Assembly: GCF_000017845.1 (NCBI RefSeq)
Contig: NC_010547.1
Span: 300,001-332,000 of the forward strand
Source of the DNA: Crocosphaera subtropica ATCC 51142
GTDB taxonomy: Bacteria; Cyanobacteriota; Cyanobacteriia; Cyanobacteriales; Microcystaceae
Direction: 5' to 3'
Length of the DNA stretch: 32,000 nt
A model generated the notes under the pieces. The model searched no databases. It worked only from the letters and a program-made list of their open reading frames with translations, and was not told where the DNA came from. Positions 16,291 to 25,648 of the stretch are shown here, piece by piece; position 1 is the first letter of the stretch; each line of letters starts with the position of its first letter. The position numbers were made by a program, and so were the translations under genes.

Positions 16291-19200
16291 CTATATAATA
16301 GCAAAATCACTAACGGAAAGTTCGGCTAAATTTGAGAAAGTCGCAATATGGTAGTTAAGATTATCAGCATTACCCGAAGGCGTAAATAATAAGTGTCCAT
16401 TACTAGAATTGTAAACGAAACGATGCTCGCTTGAGCTTGCGACTGCTCCTAAATAAAATTGTTCTACACTAAGGAATCCTTTGCTTAATCCACCACCAAA
16501 TTCATTAATATTAATTAATAAGCGATCGCCTTCAGCACTAGAAAAATCAGTTAATTCATCGGTTTTACCATTAAGACTATCTCGTAATTCTAACACAAAC
16601 GTATCTGCGCCCTCTCCTCCTGTTAAGGTATCAATTCCAGTACCTCCAATTAAAACATCATCACTGATTCCTCCGTTTAAATTATCATTTCCGTCTCCTC
16701 CATCGAGTAAATCATCAACTGCAATGAACCCTGTTTCTTGAAGATTTCCTTGAGAAATATTAAAAGAATTTCCATCAGATAAACGAACTTGTTGATAACG
16801 TTCCCCATTGCGATCATACTGTAGAATTAAATCTTTTAAGCCATCATTATTAACATCATTGATATCGAAAAATTCTGCTGTCAAATTAGATGTGTAAGTC
16901 CAATCTCCATTAGAAATAAAAGCGGTTCCGTCGGATAATCTGGCTTGCCAACGACGTTTCCCATTGTGATCGTATTGTAAGATTAAATCTGCTTGATTAT
17001 CATTATTAACATCTTCCACAGCAACAGCGTTAACATTAGGAGTTAAGGTACTTGTCCAATCTGCTGCTAAATCAAAAGATGTCCCATTAGATAATCTGGA
17101 TTGCCAACGACGTTCTCCATTAACATCATATTGTAGAATTAAATCTTTTAAGCCATCGTTATTAACATCATTAATGCCGACAAACTGGGTACTAAAATTG
17201 GTGGTACTGGCCCAATTTCCATTAGGAATGAAAGCGGTTCCATCGGATAATCTGGATTGCCAATGACGTTGACCATTATGATCGTATTGTAAGATTAAAT
17301 CTGCTTGATTATCGTTATTAACATCTTCCACAGCAACAACGTTAACATTAGGAGTTAAGGTACTTGTCCAATCTGCTGCTAAATCAAAAGATGTCCCATT
17401 AGATAATCTGGATTGCCAACGACGTTCTCCATTAACATCATATTGTAGAATTAAATCTTTTAAGCCATCGTTATTAACATCATTAATGCCGACAAATTGG
17501 GTACTAAAATTGCTGGTACTGGCCCAATTTCTATTAGGAATGAAAGCGGTTCCATCGGATAATCTGGATTGCCAATGACGTTGACTATTATGATCATATT
17601 GTAGAATTAAATCTGCTTGATTATCGTTATTAACATCTTCCAAAGCGACAACGTTAACATTAGGAGTTAAGGTACTTGTCCAATCTCCTGCTAAATTGAA
17701 AGATGTCCCATTAGAGAGTCTTGCTTGCCAACGACGTTCTCCATTAACATCGTATTGTAAGACTAAATCATTTAAACCATCATTATTAACATCATTTAGC
17801 CCCACAACTTGACGATTTAAAGTAAAATCTTGGGATCTAATATGACTACTTTCAATATCCCAAACCGATTCCGCTAAATCACCGGTATTCTGTGGAGAAT
17901 CTCCTTGTAGGGTATCATCTCCTGCACCACCGATTAAAGTATCATTGCCAGAAATGCCGAATAATTGATCATTATTATCACCACCGTCTAAATAATCATA
18001 ACCAGCATCCCCACTCAGGGTATCATTGCCACTGCTACCGAATAGTGTATCATCTCCATTGTTACCATTAAGGAGATCATTGCCATCATTACCGTTTAAA
18101 GAATCATCTCCTGTTTCACCGAATAATTGATCATTGCCAGCATCTCCATTTAAGACATCATTATCACTTCCTCCGTAGAGAAGATCATCCCCTGTACGTC
18201 CAAATAGGGTATCTTGTCCACTACCCCCTTCTAGATAGTCATTACCATCTCCTCCACTTAGATAATCATTGTCACTCCCTCCTGCTAAATAATCATCCCC
18301 ATTACCTCCTTCGAGGGTATCGTTTCCACTGTCCCCTGTGAGATGATCATTATGATTACCCCCATTGAGATTATCGTTACCACTAGCTCCTTCAAGGGTA
18401 TCATTGCCATCACCACCTTGTAGGGAATCATTACCTGCTTCACCGATTAAGACATCATTACCAAATCCTCCGGTGATTGTATCGTTACCGTTACCACCAT
18501 AGAGGGTATCATTGCCATTTTCACCATAAACATAATCAGAATCGTCTCCCCCTAAGATTAAATCGTTTCCTGTGCCACCATAGAGGATATCGATACCGCT
18601 ACCCCCAATAATCGTATCATTGCCAGCATTGCCATAAATTAAATCATAATCTGCACCACCATCTAATAAGTCAGAAGAAGATCCACCCAGTAAAACATCA
18701 TTTCCTGCTTCACCATAGAGTTCTAAATAATAGAAAGAATAAACTCCAGTTGCGTCTAAAGAATCATTACCTGAACCGCCTTTTAAGGTATCATTTCCGG
18801 CATAACCACTAGCCAATAAAATATCATTTCCGGTGCCTCCTTCCAGTAAATCATTACCATCTCCACCGTCTAAACTATCATGGCCATCTCCTCCATTTAA
18901 AGTATCATTTCCAGTCCCTCCTTTTAAGGTATCATTGCCAGCATCTCCTAACAAAATGTCATTGCCACCTTTTCCTTCTAAAAGATCATTACCAGCATTC
19001 CCTTTTAATTGATCTTGATTGTTACCACCGATTAAGATATCATCGTAAATTGTGCCAGAAATATGAAAAGATTCAATACCACTAAAAAGGATTAAAACTT
19101 CTCCTGTACCACGACTACGAAGATCATTATAATTAAGGTAGTGTAAATGGATGCCATAACCATTATTAAAAGATGAATAATTAGAAATTAAAGTATCAAA

Positions 19201-22200
19201 ACCGCTATGACCATAAATAGTTGCCCAGGTATCATAAAAGGTATCATTGCCATCGTTTCCTTCTAGAAGATCATAGCCTGAACCTCCATATAAAGTATCA
19301 TTTCCTTGGTCGCCGTGTAAACTATCATTACCAGCATTTCCATAGATATAATCATGTCCAAAACCACCACGAACTAAATCATTACCGACTCCTGCATCAA
19401 CTCGATCATTACCACCCTCAGCAAAAATATAGTTGTTATAGTCGCCATAAAAAGTGCTACCCCCTACAATAGTTTCAGCACTATTATTACCATAATAATC
19501 TCCTGTAAAAAATTCGTTAACCGCATTAGCAAAATCTTCAAAGAAATCCGCAATTTCGTTAATTACATTATTAAATTCGTTAGAAATTGTATTAACCACT
19601 CCAGAAATTTGATTGATAGCTGTATCCACAAAAGCGACCACATCTTCGGCTAAATCTTCAGCAAAATCGATGACTGCTTCTACTGCTTCAATAACGGGGC
19701 CAACAATGACATCTAAAATAATATCAAGAATACTCGATCCTCTGATTTCTCCTGTTTGAAAACTTTGTCCAGCAAAAGTAAACCCTAAGTCAATTCCCAC
19801 ATCTTCAAAATTGCCTTGAGTATCAAAATAAATCGTCGAATCAACATTAATTCCGGCAATAGTACCAAAGGTAGTAGAAAGACTAAGAGAACCATTAATG
19901 TTTAATTGATCACTGCCATTATAACTAACACTTGCCCCTGCTATTTGTTGTCCAAATAAACTTACATTGCCTTGTGCGGTAAAAGTATTAGTATTGGTAT
20001 TAAAAGATAGTTCTGGAATCGAGATACCTGCAATCCCAAAATTGAGAGAAACATCTTCAATTAAAATCCCATTATTACTAATTTCAAATGATCCTCCTGC
20101 AATTCTTTGACCTAAGAAAACTAAATCACCTGAACCCAATGCACTAGGATTTTGTGAACTAAAATTCAAATCTAGTTCAACATCTTGAATGGCTAAAAAA
20201 TTACCAAATCCAAATTGTTCAATATTCAAAGAAAACTCATCAGAATCAAGATAAAGTTCGGCATCGGCAAAGGTCACTAAACCATTTAATCCTGTAATCG
20301 TTGCTGCACCAAAAGCAGTAGTTTGATTAAAGTCAATATTGAGTTCACTCTCCACTGTAAAGAGATTAAATAAACTCAATTGAGCATCAAAGAAAAAGCC
20401 ATTTTGATCAAAATTAATTTCGCCCTGTGCTAAGGTAAAGGTATTATTAAAAGCTGTTAAACTAGCGGTACCACTGAGACGAGATTCTAAGAAATTAGTT
20501 GTATTAATATCGACAATAAAATCATCAACATCAAGGGCAATAATTCCGAAGTCAAAATCAAACTCTCGAATGATGATTCCCTGGTTAGAAATATTTAAGT
20601 CAACATTAGCTACATTATGACCAAAAATGTCTAAACGAGCATCAGCAATTAAAGCAAATTCTAAAGCACCAACATCAGCAATTAGAGATAAATTAAGGTC
20701 AGAATCTTGAGAACCTGCAATGGTTAAAAACCCTAAATCAATACCAGATAAAATGAGGTTTGCTTCAATGCCTGTAATATTAGGATAAGTGCCAATAGTG
20801 TTTAAAGTAAATTCAGCTTCTGCACCCCATGCAGTGACTTTTGCATTAACACCAATACCAGGGGTAATTATATTTCCTGAAATCTCAAATCCTAGAGGTG
20901 CAAACTTAATTAAAGGTGCAGCATCTGTATTATCACCATCCCCATCAAGATCGTTAATATCTATCAAAGATGTGGCATTAAGATCAATAATATCTCCTAA
21001 GAAACCAATGGCATTTTCAATAACATCAAACTGACTTGCTGCAAAAATAACTGGACTACCAATAGTGATAAAAAACTCAGTTAAATTAACAGATTCATTG
21101 AGTGTTAATAGGACACCATTTTTATTAGGATCTGTTGTGTCAATATTTAAAGCAGCATCAAAATCAATATTTAAACTGCCTGAATTAACATCTATTCCCT
21201 CTAATAAAAAGCCAAAATTATCAAACCCTAAACTAGCAGCATTTAAGCCAATTCCTGCTTGTAAAGCAATTCTTTCAAAGGCAAAATCATCTAAGCCAAA
21301 GGGTCGCCAAGGTATAGTTTCTTGAGTTTCTATTTCAAAGTTAGCACTAATAGATTCTGGTTCAAAAATCAAGCCCCCTGTTAAGGTTAATTCAGGCTCA
21401 TCACTCTGAAAAGGATCATAATTTCTCAACAACAACGAACCATTAGCTAGAAAGCGTAAATCTCCTGTTGTTGCCGCATCAATTCCAATATTTAACCCCT
21501 CAAGCGTTAAAGAAAAATCTGAGGAAGAAGGCTCTCCTAAAAAGGGAAATGGATACAGTTGAATATTGGTATCTACGCCTCCAAAAAGACTAATTCTCTG
21601 AGTGTCAGCAATAACACTGGTATTAATTGATTGAATACCTAAAAAATTATCAAAAAAGTCAGAAATACTATTAATTTGACTATCTCCATCTCCCTCAAAT
21701 TCAATGGCACCTTCTACCGCAATTCCTTGATTAATATTTAAGCTTGAATTATTATAATTATAGTTAACAGCCGTTAAAGCAACATCATGAATATTAAATC
21801 CCTTTAAAACATCAGGGGTGCTACTACCCAATAAACTTCCTAATTGTAATTCTGTAAGAGAATAGGTAAGTTTAACTTGATTTGTATTTTGGATATCTAA
21901 ACTAAATTCTGAATTATTAATAACACTACTAAAAAAGAAAGAGTCAATCCCATTATTACTATTGGCTAAACTAAAATCAAGATTGATATCTCCAATTGTA
22001 CTAGGAAGTAAAGAGATAATACTATCAGGAATTGAGGGGAGAATTGTTTGCCAATCAAAGACTAAAGAATTATCATAATTAAAACCAAAATCAATCTCTC
22101 CGGTACTATTATAATTAACAGTTGTCAGTAGGTTATTACCCTGTTGATCTAAATTAATTAACGCCCCTAAACTAATCTCATTAATTTGGTTATTTCCATC

Positions 22201-22524
22201 TAAAGAAAGGGTAAAATTAAGATTACTGAAAGTATCAGGAATAATGATATCAATAATGCTATTCAGGGGAGCAATACCAGAGTCCGGAATTCTGTCCTCA
22301 AGATCAAAGATTTCATTAGTGTTAATTGAACCATTGTAAGCAATAGTAAGACTATCAGTCCCTTGACTACTAATTTCTAGAGGAAACAACAAATTATTAA
22401 ATTCTTGTTGTAATAAATTTTTTAGCTCTAATGATATAATATAGCCAAGGGATTCTAACTCAGTGAAGAGATTAAGCCAAGAATCAAACGTAGAAGTCAT
22501 AGTAGTCATGGTTATTAGCCTCAA
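16291..22524 (-). CDS. giant (2077 aa) secreted RTX-type protein. Domain order: about 1000-aa Asn/Phe/Ile-rich N-terminal region of unknown fold, long RTX nonapeptide block, seven FG-GAP/VCBS-like DxNxDGxxD repeats, a short RTX block, and a C-terminal T1SS-like tail
   Basis: Dozens of GGxGNDxLxG nonapeptides (for example GNAGNDSLHGDQGNDTLYGGSGYDLLEGNDGNDT). Repeats of DVNNDGLKDLILQYDVNGERRWQSRLSNGTSF. No N-terminal signal peptide. Ends in ...LAELSVSDFAII. Confidence 0.9.
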   Translation of the reverse strand: MRLITMTTMTSTFDSWLNLFTELESLGYIISLELKNLLQQEFNNLLFPLEISSQGTDSLTIAYNGSINTNEIFDLEDRIPDSGIAPLNSIIDIIIPDTFSNLNFTLSLDGNNQINEISLGALINLDQQGNNLLTTVNYNSTGEIDFGFNYDNSLVFDWQTILPSIPDSIISLLPSTIGDINLDFSLANSNNGIDSFFFSSVINNSEFSLDIQNTNQVKLTYSLTELQLGSLLGSSTPDVLKGFNIHDVALTAVNYNYNNSSLNINQGIAVEGAIEFEGDGDSQINSISDFFDNFLGIQSINTSVIADTQRISLFGGVDTNIQLYPFPFLGEPSSSDFSLTLEGLNIGIDAATTGDLRFLANGSLLLRNYDPFQSDEPELTLTGGLIFEPESISANFEIETQETIPWRPFGLDDFAFERIALQAGIGLNAASLGFDNFGFLLEGIDVNSGSLNIDFDAALNIDTTDPNKNGVLLTLNESVNLTEFFITIGSPVIFAASQFDVIENAIGFLGDIIDLNATSLIDINDLDGDGDNTDAAPLIKFAPLGFEISGNIITPGIGVNAKVTAWGAEAEFTLNTIGTYPNITGIEANLILSGIDLGFLTIAGSQDSDLNLSLIADVGALEFALIADARLDIFGHNVANVDLNISNQGIIIREFDFDFGIIALDVDDFIVDINTTNFLESRLSGTASLTAFNNTFTLAQGEINFDQNGFFFDAQLSLFNLFTVESELNIDFNQTTAFGAATITGLNGLVTFADAELYLDSDEFSLNIEQFGFGNFLAIQDVELDLNFSSQNPSALGSGDLVFLGQRIAGGSFEISNNGILIEDVSLNFGIAGISIPELSFNTNTNTFTAQGNVSLFGQQIAGASVSYNGSDQLNINGSLSLSTTFGTIAGINVDSTIYFDTQGNFEDVGIDLGFTFAGQSFQTGEIRGSSILDIILDVIVGPVIEAVEAVIDFAEDLAEDVVAFVDTAINQISGVVNTISNEFNNVINEIADFFEDFANAVNEFFTGDYYGNNSAETIVGGSTFYGDYNNYIFAEGGNDRVDAGVGNDLVRGGFGHDYIYGNAGNDSLHGDQGNDTLYGGSGYDLLEGNDGNDTFYDTWATIYGHSGFDTLISNYSSFNNGYGIHLHYLNYNDLRSRGTGEVLILFSGIESFHISGTIYDDILIGGNNQDQLKGNAGNDLLEGKGGNDILLGDAGNDTLKGGTGNDTLNGGDGHDSLDGGDGNDLLEGGTGNDILLASGYAGNDTLKGGSGNDSLDATGVYSFYYLELYGEAGNDVLLGGSSSDLLDGGADYDLIYGNAGNDTIIGGSGIDILYGGTGNDLILGGDDSDYVYGENGNDTLYGGNGNDTITGGFGNDVLIGEAGNDSLQGGDGNDTLEGASGNDNLNGGNHNDHLTGDSGNDTLEGGNGDDYLAGGSDNDYLSGGDGNDYLEGGSGQDTLFGRTGDDLLYGGSDNDVLNGDAGNDQLFGETGDDSLNGNDGNDLLNGNNGDDTLFGSSGNDTLSGDAGYDYLDGGDNNDQLFGISGNDTLIGGAGDDTLQGDSPQNTGDLAESVWDIESSHIRSQDFTLNRQVVGLNDVNNDGLNDLVLQYDVNGERRWQARLSNGTSFNLAGDWTSTLTPNVNVVALEDVNNDNQADLILQYDHNSQRHWQSRLSDGTAFIPNRNWASTSNFSTQFVGINDVNNDGLKDLILQYDVNGERRWQSRLSNGTSFDLAADWTSTLTPNVNVVAVEDVNNDNQADLILQYDHNGQRHWQSRLSDGTAFIPNGNWASTTNFSTQFVGINDVNNDGLKDLILQYDVNGERRWQSRLSNGTSFDLAADWTSTLTPNVNAVAVEDVNNDNQADLILQYDHNGKRRWQARLSDGTAFISNGDWTYTSNLTAEFFDINDVNNDGLKDLILQYDRNGERYQQVRLSDGNSFNISQGNLQETGFIAVDDLLDGGDGNDNLNGGISDDVLIGGTGIDTLTGGEGADTFVLELRDSLNGKTDELTDFSSAEGDRLLININEFGGGLSKGFLSVEQFYLGAVASSSEHRFVYNSSNGHLLFTPSGNADNLNYHIATFSNLAELSVSDFAII
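16741..17815 (-). repeat. 312-bp (104-aa) tandem repeats, about 3.4 copies, encoding 7 FG-GAP-like blades
   Basis: agttaaggtacttgtccaatct recurs at 17041, 17353 and 17665 (period 312). The copies at 17041-17352 and 17353-17664 differ by only a handful of bases. Confidence 0.85.
17905..19470 (-). repeat. RTX (hemolysin-type calcium-binding) nonapeptide repeat block inside the giant gene
   Basis: Continuous run of GGxGxDxUx units from ...EGGNDRVDAGVGNDLVRGG... to ...GGAGDDTLQGD. Confidence 0.8.
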
Positions 22525-22565
22525 TAGTCTTTATTTTTGTTAAACTAAGGTTCTTTTACTATTAA

Positions 22566-22802
22566 TTAAGCGATCGCAGAGTTAAATCGATGCTTAAACT
22601 CTGTTTTATTAACAGAACAATTGGCTCCTATTGAATAAGGAACACCTCGATATTTTAGTAAAGCTGAGGATTGTTTAACTACAGATTTATTTTGACCAAT
22701 AATGTAGCTTATTCCTCGATATTTTGCCTGGATAATATTGTTATTTTCAGAGGAAACGACCGCTTTTTTTGAATATTGACAACCACGATAAGATAATTGC
22801 AT
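22566..22802 (-). CDS. DUF4278-domain protein
   Basis: MQLSYRGCQY...KYRGISY...KYRGVPY is the repeated YRG-x-x-Y signature of DUF4278. It lies 41 nt upstream of, and co-oriented with, the giant RTX gene. Confidence 0.75.
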   Translation of the reverse strand: MQLSYRGCQYSKKAVVSSENNNIIQAKYRGISYIIGQNKSVVKQSSALLKYRGVPYSIGANCSVNKTEFKHRFNSAIA

Positions 22803-23022
22803 GGGTATAACTCCTTGAGTGCTTTTTTGAAGTTATTACCGTTATAAAATTTTTACAGATTAGTGTCGATACAGAAAAGTTAAGGAGTTATTACCCTAGA
22901 AAACTTAACTTAGCCTTAACTTAAGATCCCGACTCAAATTTACTTAACTTTTCTACATTCTCATTCATAAAAATTTTTGGTTAGATGAAAACATCAATTC
23001 AAAAACAAACAGGGAAACCAAG

Positions 23023-24543
23023 ATGTTACTCACTCATGAATCTCAGTCTCTTGATATGGCAAATGGTGCTTCAGTTGAATCTGAAATAAACGTTTCCCCT
23101 ACAAATCTAGCTCTTTCTACTCCTCAAACCACCCTTGAAGGAACCCTTGCTAATATTCCTTGGACAGATGGATTTACCCTAGGATCTGGGGTAGATGTAA
23201 TTAAGGGAAGCTTGTTAGGTTCTGCCTTAAAATCTTTTACGCCTAATCTTAATCCCATTAAAACATCCTCTGAATCCTATCGTTTTATTTCTGATGATAG
23301 TAGTTTAAATTTAGAAATCGGGGTAAGTGCGTCGGGAATTTACAATTTCAATAACATCAAAATTACCGCATCGACAGAATTTTTAACTCAGATTACATAT
23401 TCACAAACAAGTATTACCTTAATTGCTGAATACTCCTCCCTTTTTGGCTATTCAGATCAACCTATCAATTATCAATTAACCGAAAAAGCTCAAGAACTAG
23501 CTAAAAATCCTGGACAATTTCGACAAGCCTATGGGGATTATTTTATCGCAGATTCTCAACGAGGTTCACGGTTTTTAGCTGTTTATGTCTGTGAGACAAG
23601 CAGTGCCGAAAGTTTAGTCGAATTTAAAGCCAGTTTAGGGGCAGAAGTTCCTAAAGTCTTCAGTGCAGAAGGTAGTAACCGCTTGATGCAGGCGGCCAGT
23701 GAACATCATGTTAGCATCTCTACTTATCTTTACCCGGAAGGTTACACAGGAACAGCCCCTAGTGGTCCTTGGAATCCTCAAACCATCCTAGAAGCCCTAA
23801 AATGGTTCAAAGCCAATGAAAAAGGCGAAAACATGAAAGCGGAGTTAAAGCACTATAGCACTATTATTCATGGTTATCCTCGCACCATTCCCGTTGATTC
23901 TCGAATTTTTGTCGAATTAAGCCATCTGTATAATCAACTGTGGGATATTCGCGCTCGTTATGACTCTTTACCTAAGTATTATCAGCATCAGTATAAACTG
24001 CCTTTCAATACCTTAAATTTAGGGATTGTTTCCAATCAGGACACTTTAGTTACAAATCCAACCTTGCGTAAATCTTATCAGCAACAAGCCCAAATTTTGA
24101 AGGCAGATTTAGATGATGTAGTGGCGCGGAGGGATTTTTATTTTGAAGTGCAGGAATCCCTAAAAAATAATCCTGAACCCCCTGCAAATCACAAAATTAA
24201 TGAAAGTAAAGGGGTGAATAAATGGCTTTACGGATTTGACCGTTATCTTAAGAGTGATGCGGTTGTTATTCATACTACAGTCTATAATTTCCGAAAAGGT
24301 CCTAAACCAGCTATTCATACTCAACATACTTTTGAATTTGGTCCCGAGAGTCGTTATCGAATTGTTGGTTGGGAGGTAGTTTCTAATCGCATTGATGGTC
24401 ATAATGGTTCTTGGCGTAAAATAAGATCACAGATTTTGTTGACTGATTATGCGGGTATTCTGGTTGAATCGGGTTTCGATAGAGCAATGAATTGGAGTTT
24501 GATTGTCCATTATGTCGAGGCTAAGGATTATCAATTTGAGTAA
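23023..24543 (+). CDS. hypothetical 506-aa protein; the N-terminal half is possibly MACPF/perforin-like
   Basis: LGSGVDVIKGSLLG near the N-terminus. Ser/Thr-rich amphipathic stretches (SSLNLEIGVSASGIYNFNNIKITASTEFLTQITYSQTSITL; FKASLGAEVPKVFSAEGSN) flank FRQAYGDYFIADSQRGSRF, which resembles the MACPF signature (Y/W)G(T/S)H(F/Y)x6GG. The match is imperfect. Confidence 0.35.
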   Translation: MLLTHESQSLDMANGASVESEINVSPTNLALSTPQTTLEGTLANIPWTDGFTLGSGVDVIKGSLLGSALKSFTPNLNPIKTSSESYRFISDDSSLNLEIGVSASGIYNFNNIKITASTEFLTQITYSQTSITLIAEYSSLFGYSDQPINYQLTEKAQELAKNPGQFRQAYGDYFIADSQRGSRFLAVYVCETSSAESLVEFKASLGAEVPKVFSAEGSNRLMQAASEHHVSISTYLYPEGYTGTAPSGPWNPQTILEALKWFKANEKGENMKAELKHYSTIIHGYPRTIPVDSRIFVELSHLYNQLWDIRARYDSLPKYYQHQYKLPFNTLNLGIVSNQDTLVTNPTLRKSYQQQAQILKADLDDVVARRDFYFEVQESLKNNPEPPANHKINESKGVNKWLYGFDRYLKSDAVVIHTTVYNFRKGPKPAIHTQHTFEFGPESRYRIVGWEVVSNRIDGHNGSWRKIRSQILLTDYAGILVESGFDRAMNWSLIVHYVEAKDYQFE

Positions 24544-24619
24544 TTTTTAGCGATAGGGGGAACTTCTTCCCATCTTTTTTTGACTAATTTACTATTATTT
24601 ATTGAGGAATTGTTAAACC

Positions 24620-25648
24620 ATGAAAACTTTACCTAAACTAACCTTTTCTCTCGGTTTGATTTCCCTGACACTTTCTAGTATTTTAATCGATTCTCCTGTT
24701 TATGGTCAGTCTTTTTCTCGCTATTCTGTCAATTCTTTCATGACAACCATTGAATCAGATGAAACAGATATTTATTATCCCCAAAGTTCTTTAGAACCCT
24801 TGCCAATGGTAGTCTTTTTAACGGGTGCATTAGTGGAAAAAGAGGAATATACTCAGTTTGCTCAAGACTTAGCTAGTTATGGGTTTATTGTTGCCATTTC
24901 TAATCATCGACAAGTGATTCCTGCTTTTAACTTTGATGGACAACTCCCTGAACTTTCTCAAATTACCAATACCTTAAATTATTTTCAACAAGAACATGAA
25001 AATTCAGCTTCTCCTTTATTTGGAAAAATTAATCTTGAATTATTAGGTGCAGTGGGACATTCTCATGGTGGTGGTGCAGTTCTTCAGAGTACAGAAGGAC
25101 AATGTAACTTTCCTTTTTGTACGGGAACTTTTCAACTTCCTAGTGAATTAAAAGCCGTCATTGGTTATGGAATGAATCGATTTAATTTCTTTACCAATCA
25201 ATTTGAAGTGACTAATAATCAAGGAATTCCTGTTGGCTTTATTCAAGGAAGTCTTGATGGAATTGCAACTCCAGATGAAGCAATTAATACTTTTAATTTA
25301 GTGCAATCTCCTCCAAAAGCTTTAATTACCATTGACGGCGCAAATCATTATTCTATTACAGATAGTAATAATCCTTTAGGGGCAAATCCCGATCCTCAAG
25401 AAGCGACTTTAAATCAATTGGAAGCCAATCAATTGATTGCTCAATGGACAGCTATTTTCTTATTAGCTCATTTAGAAAATAATTCAACCGCTTATAATCT
25501 AATTTATCGAGATACTAACACTGATTCAAGGGTCAGTATTATCTCTCAAAGTGTTCCTGAACCCACCACAACCAAGGGATTTATTTTAATCACTATTTTA
25601 GGATTATTAGGTTTGATTCGAGTTCATTTGAAATCTTCAGTGAGCTAA
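24620..25648 (+). CDS. secreted alpha/beta hydrolase (dienelactone hydrolase / chlorophyllase / PAF-acetylhydrolase-like) with a PEP-CTERM sorting signal
   Basis: Signal peptide MKTLPKLTFSLGLISLTLSSILI. Nucleophile elbow GHSHGG. Candidate Asp (GSLDGIATP) and His (GANHYS). The C-terminus is VPEP followed by a hydrophobic helix (FILITILGLLGLI) and basic residues (RVHLK). Confidence 0.8.
   Translation: MKTLPKLTFSLGLISLTLSSILIDSPVYGQSFSRYSVNSFMTTIESDETDIYYPQSSLEPLPMVVFLTGALVEKEEYTQFAQDLASYGFIVAISNHRQVIPAFNFDGQLPELSQITNTLNYFQQEHENSASPLFGKINLELLGAVGHSHGGGAVLQSTEGQCNFPFCTGTFQLPSELKAVIGYGMNRFNFFTNQFEVTNNQGIPVGFIQGSLDGIATPDEAINTFNLVQSPPKALITIDGANHYSITDSNNPLGANPDPQEATLNQLEANQLIAQWTAIFLLAHLENNSTAYNLIYRDTNTDSRVSIISQSVPEPTTTKGFILITILGLLGLIRVHLKSSVS

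Noticed and set aside
16481-21325. Plus-strand ORFs 16481..16741, 19221..19472, 20789..21034 and 21065..21325 inside the giant gene
   Set aside because: They lie antisense to a continuous 6.2-kb ORF with strong RTX/FG-GAP signatures. Their translations are low-complexity mirror images of the repeats (Ser/Pro/His-rich), so they are shadow ORFs.
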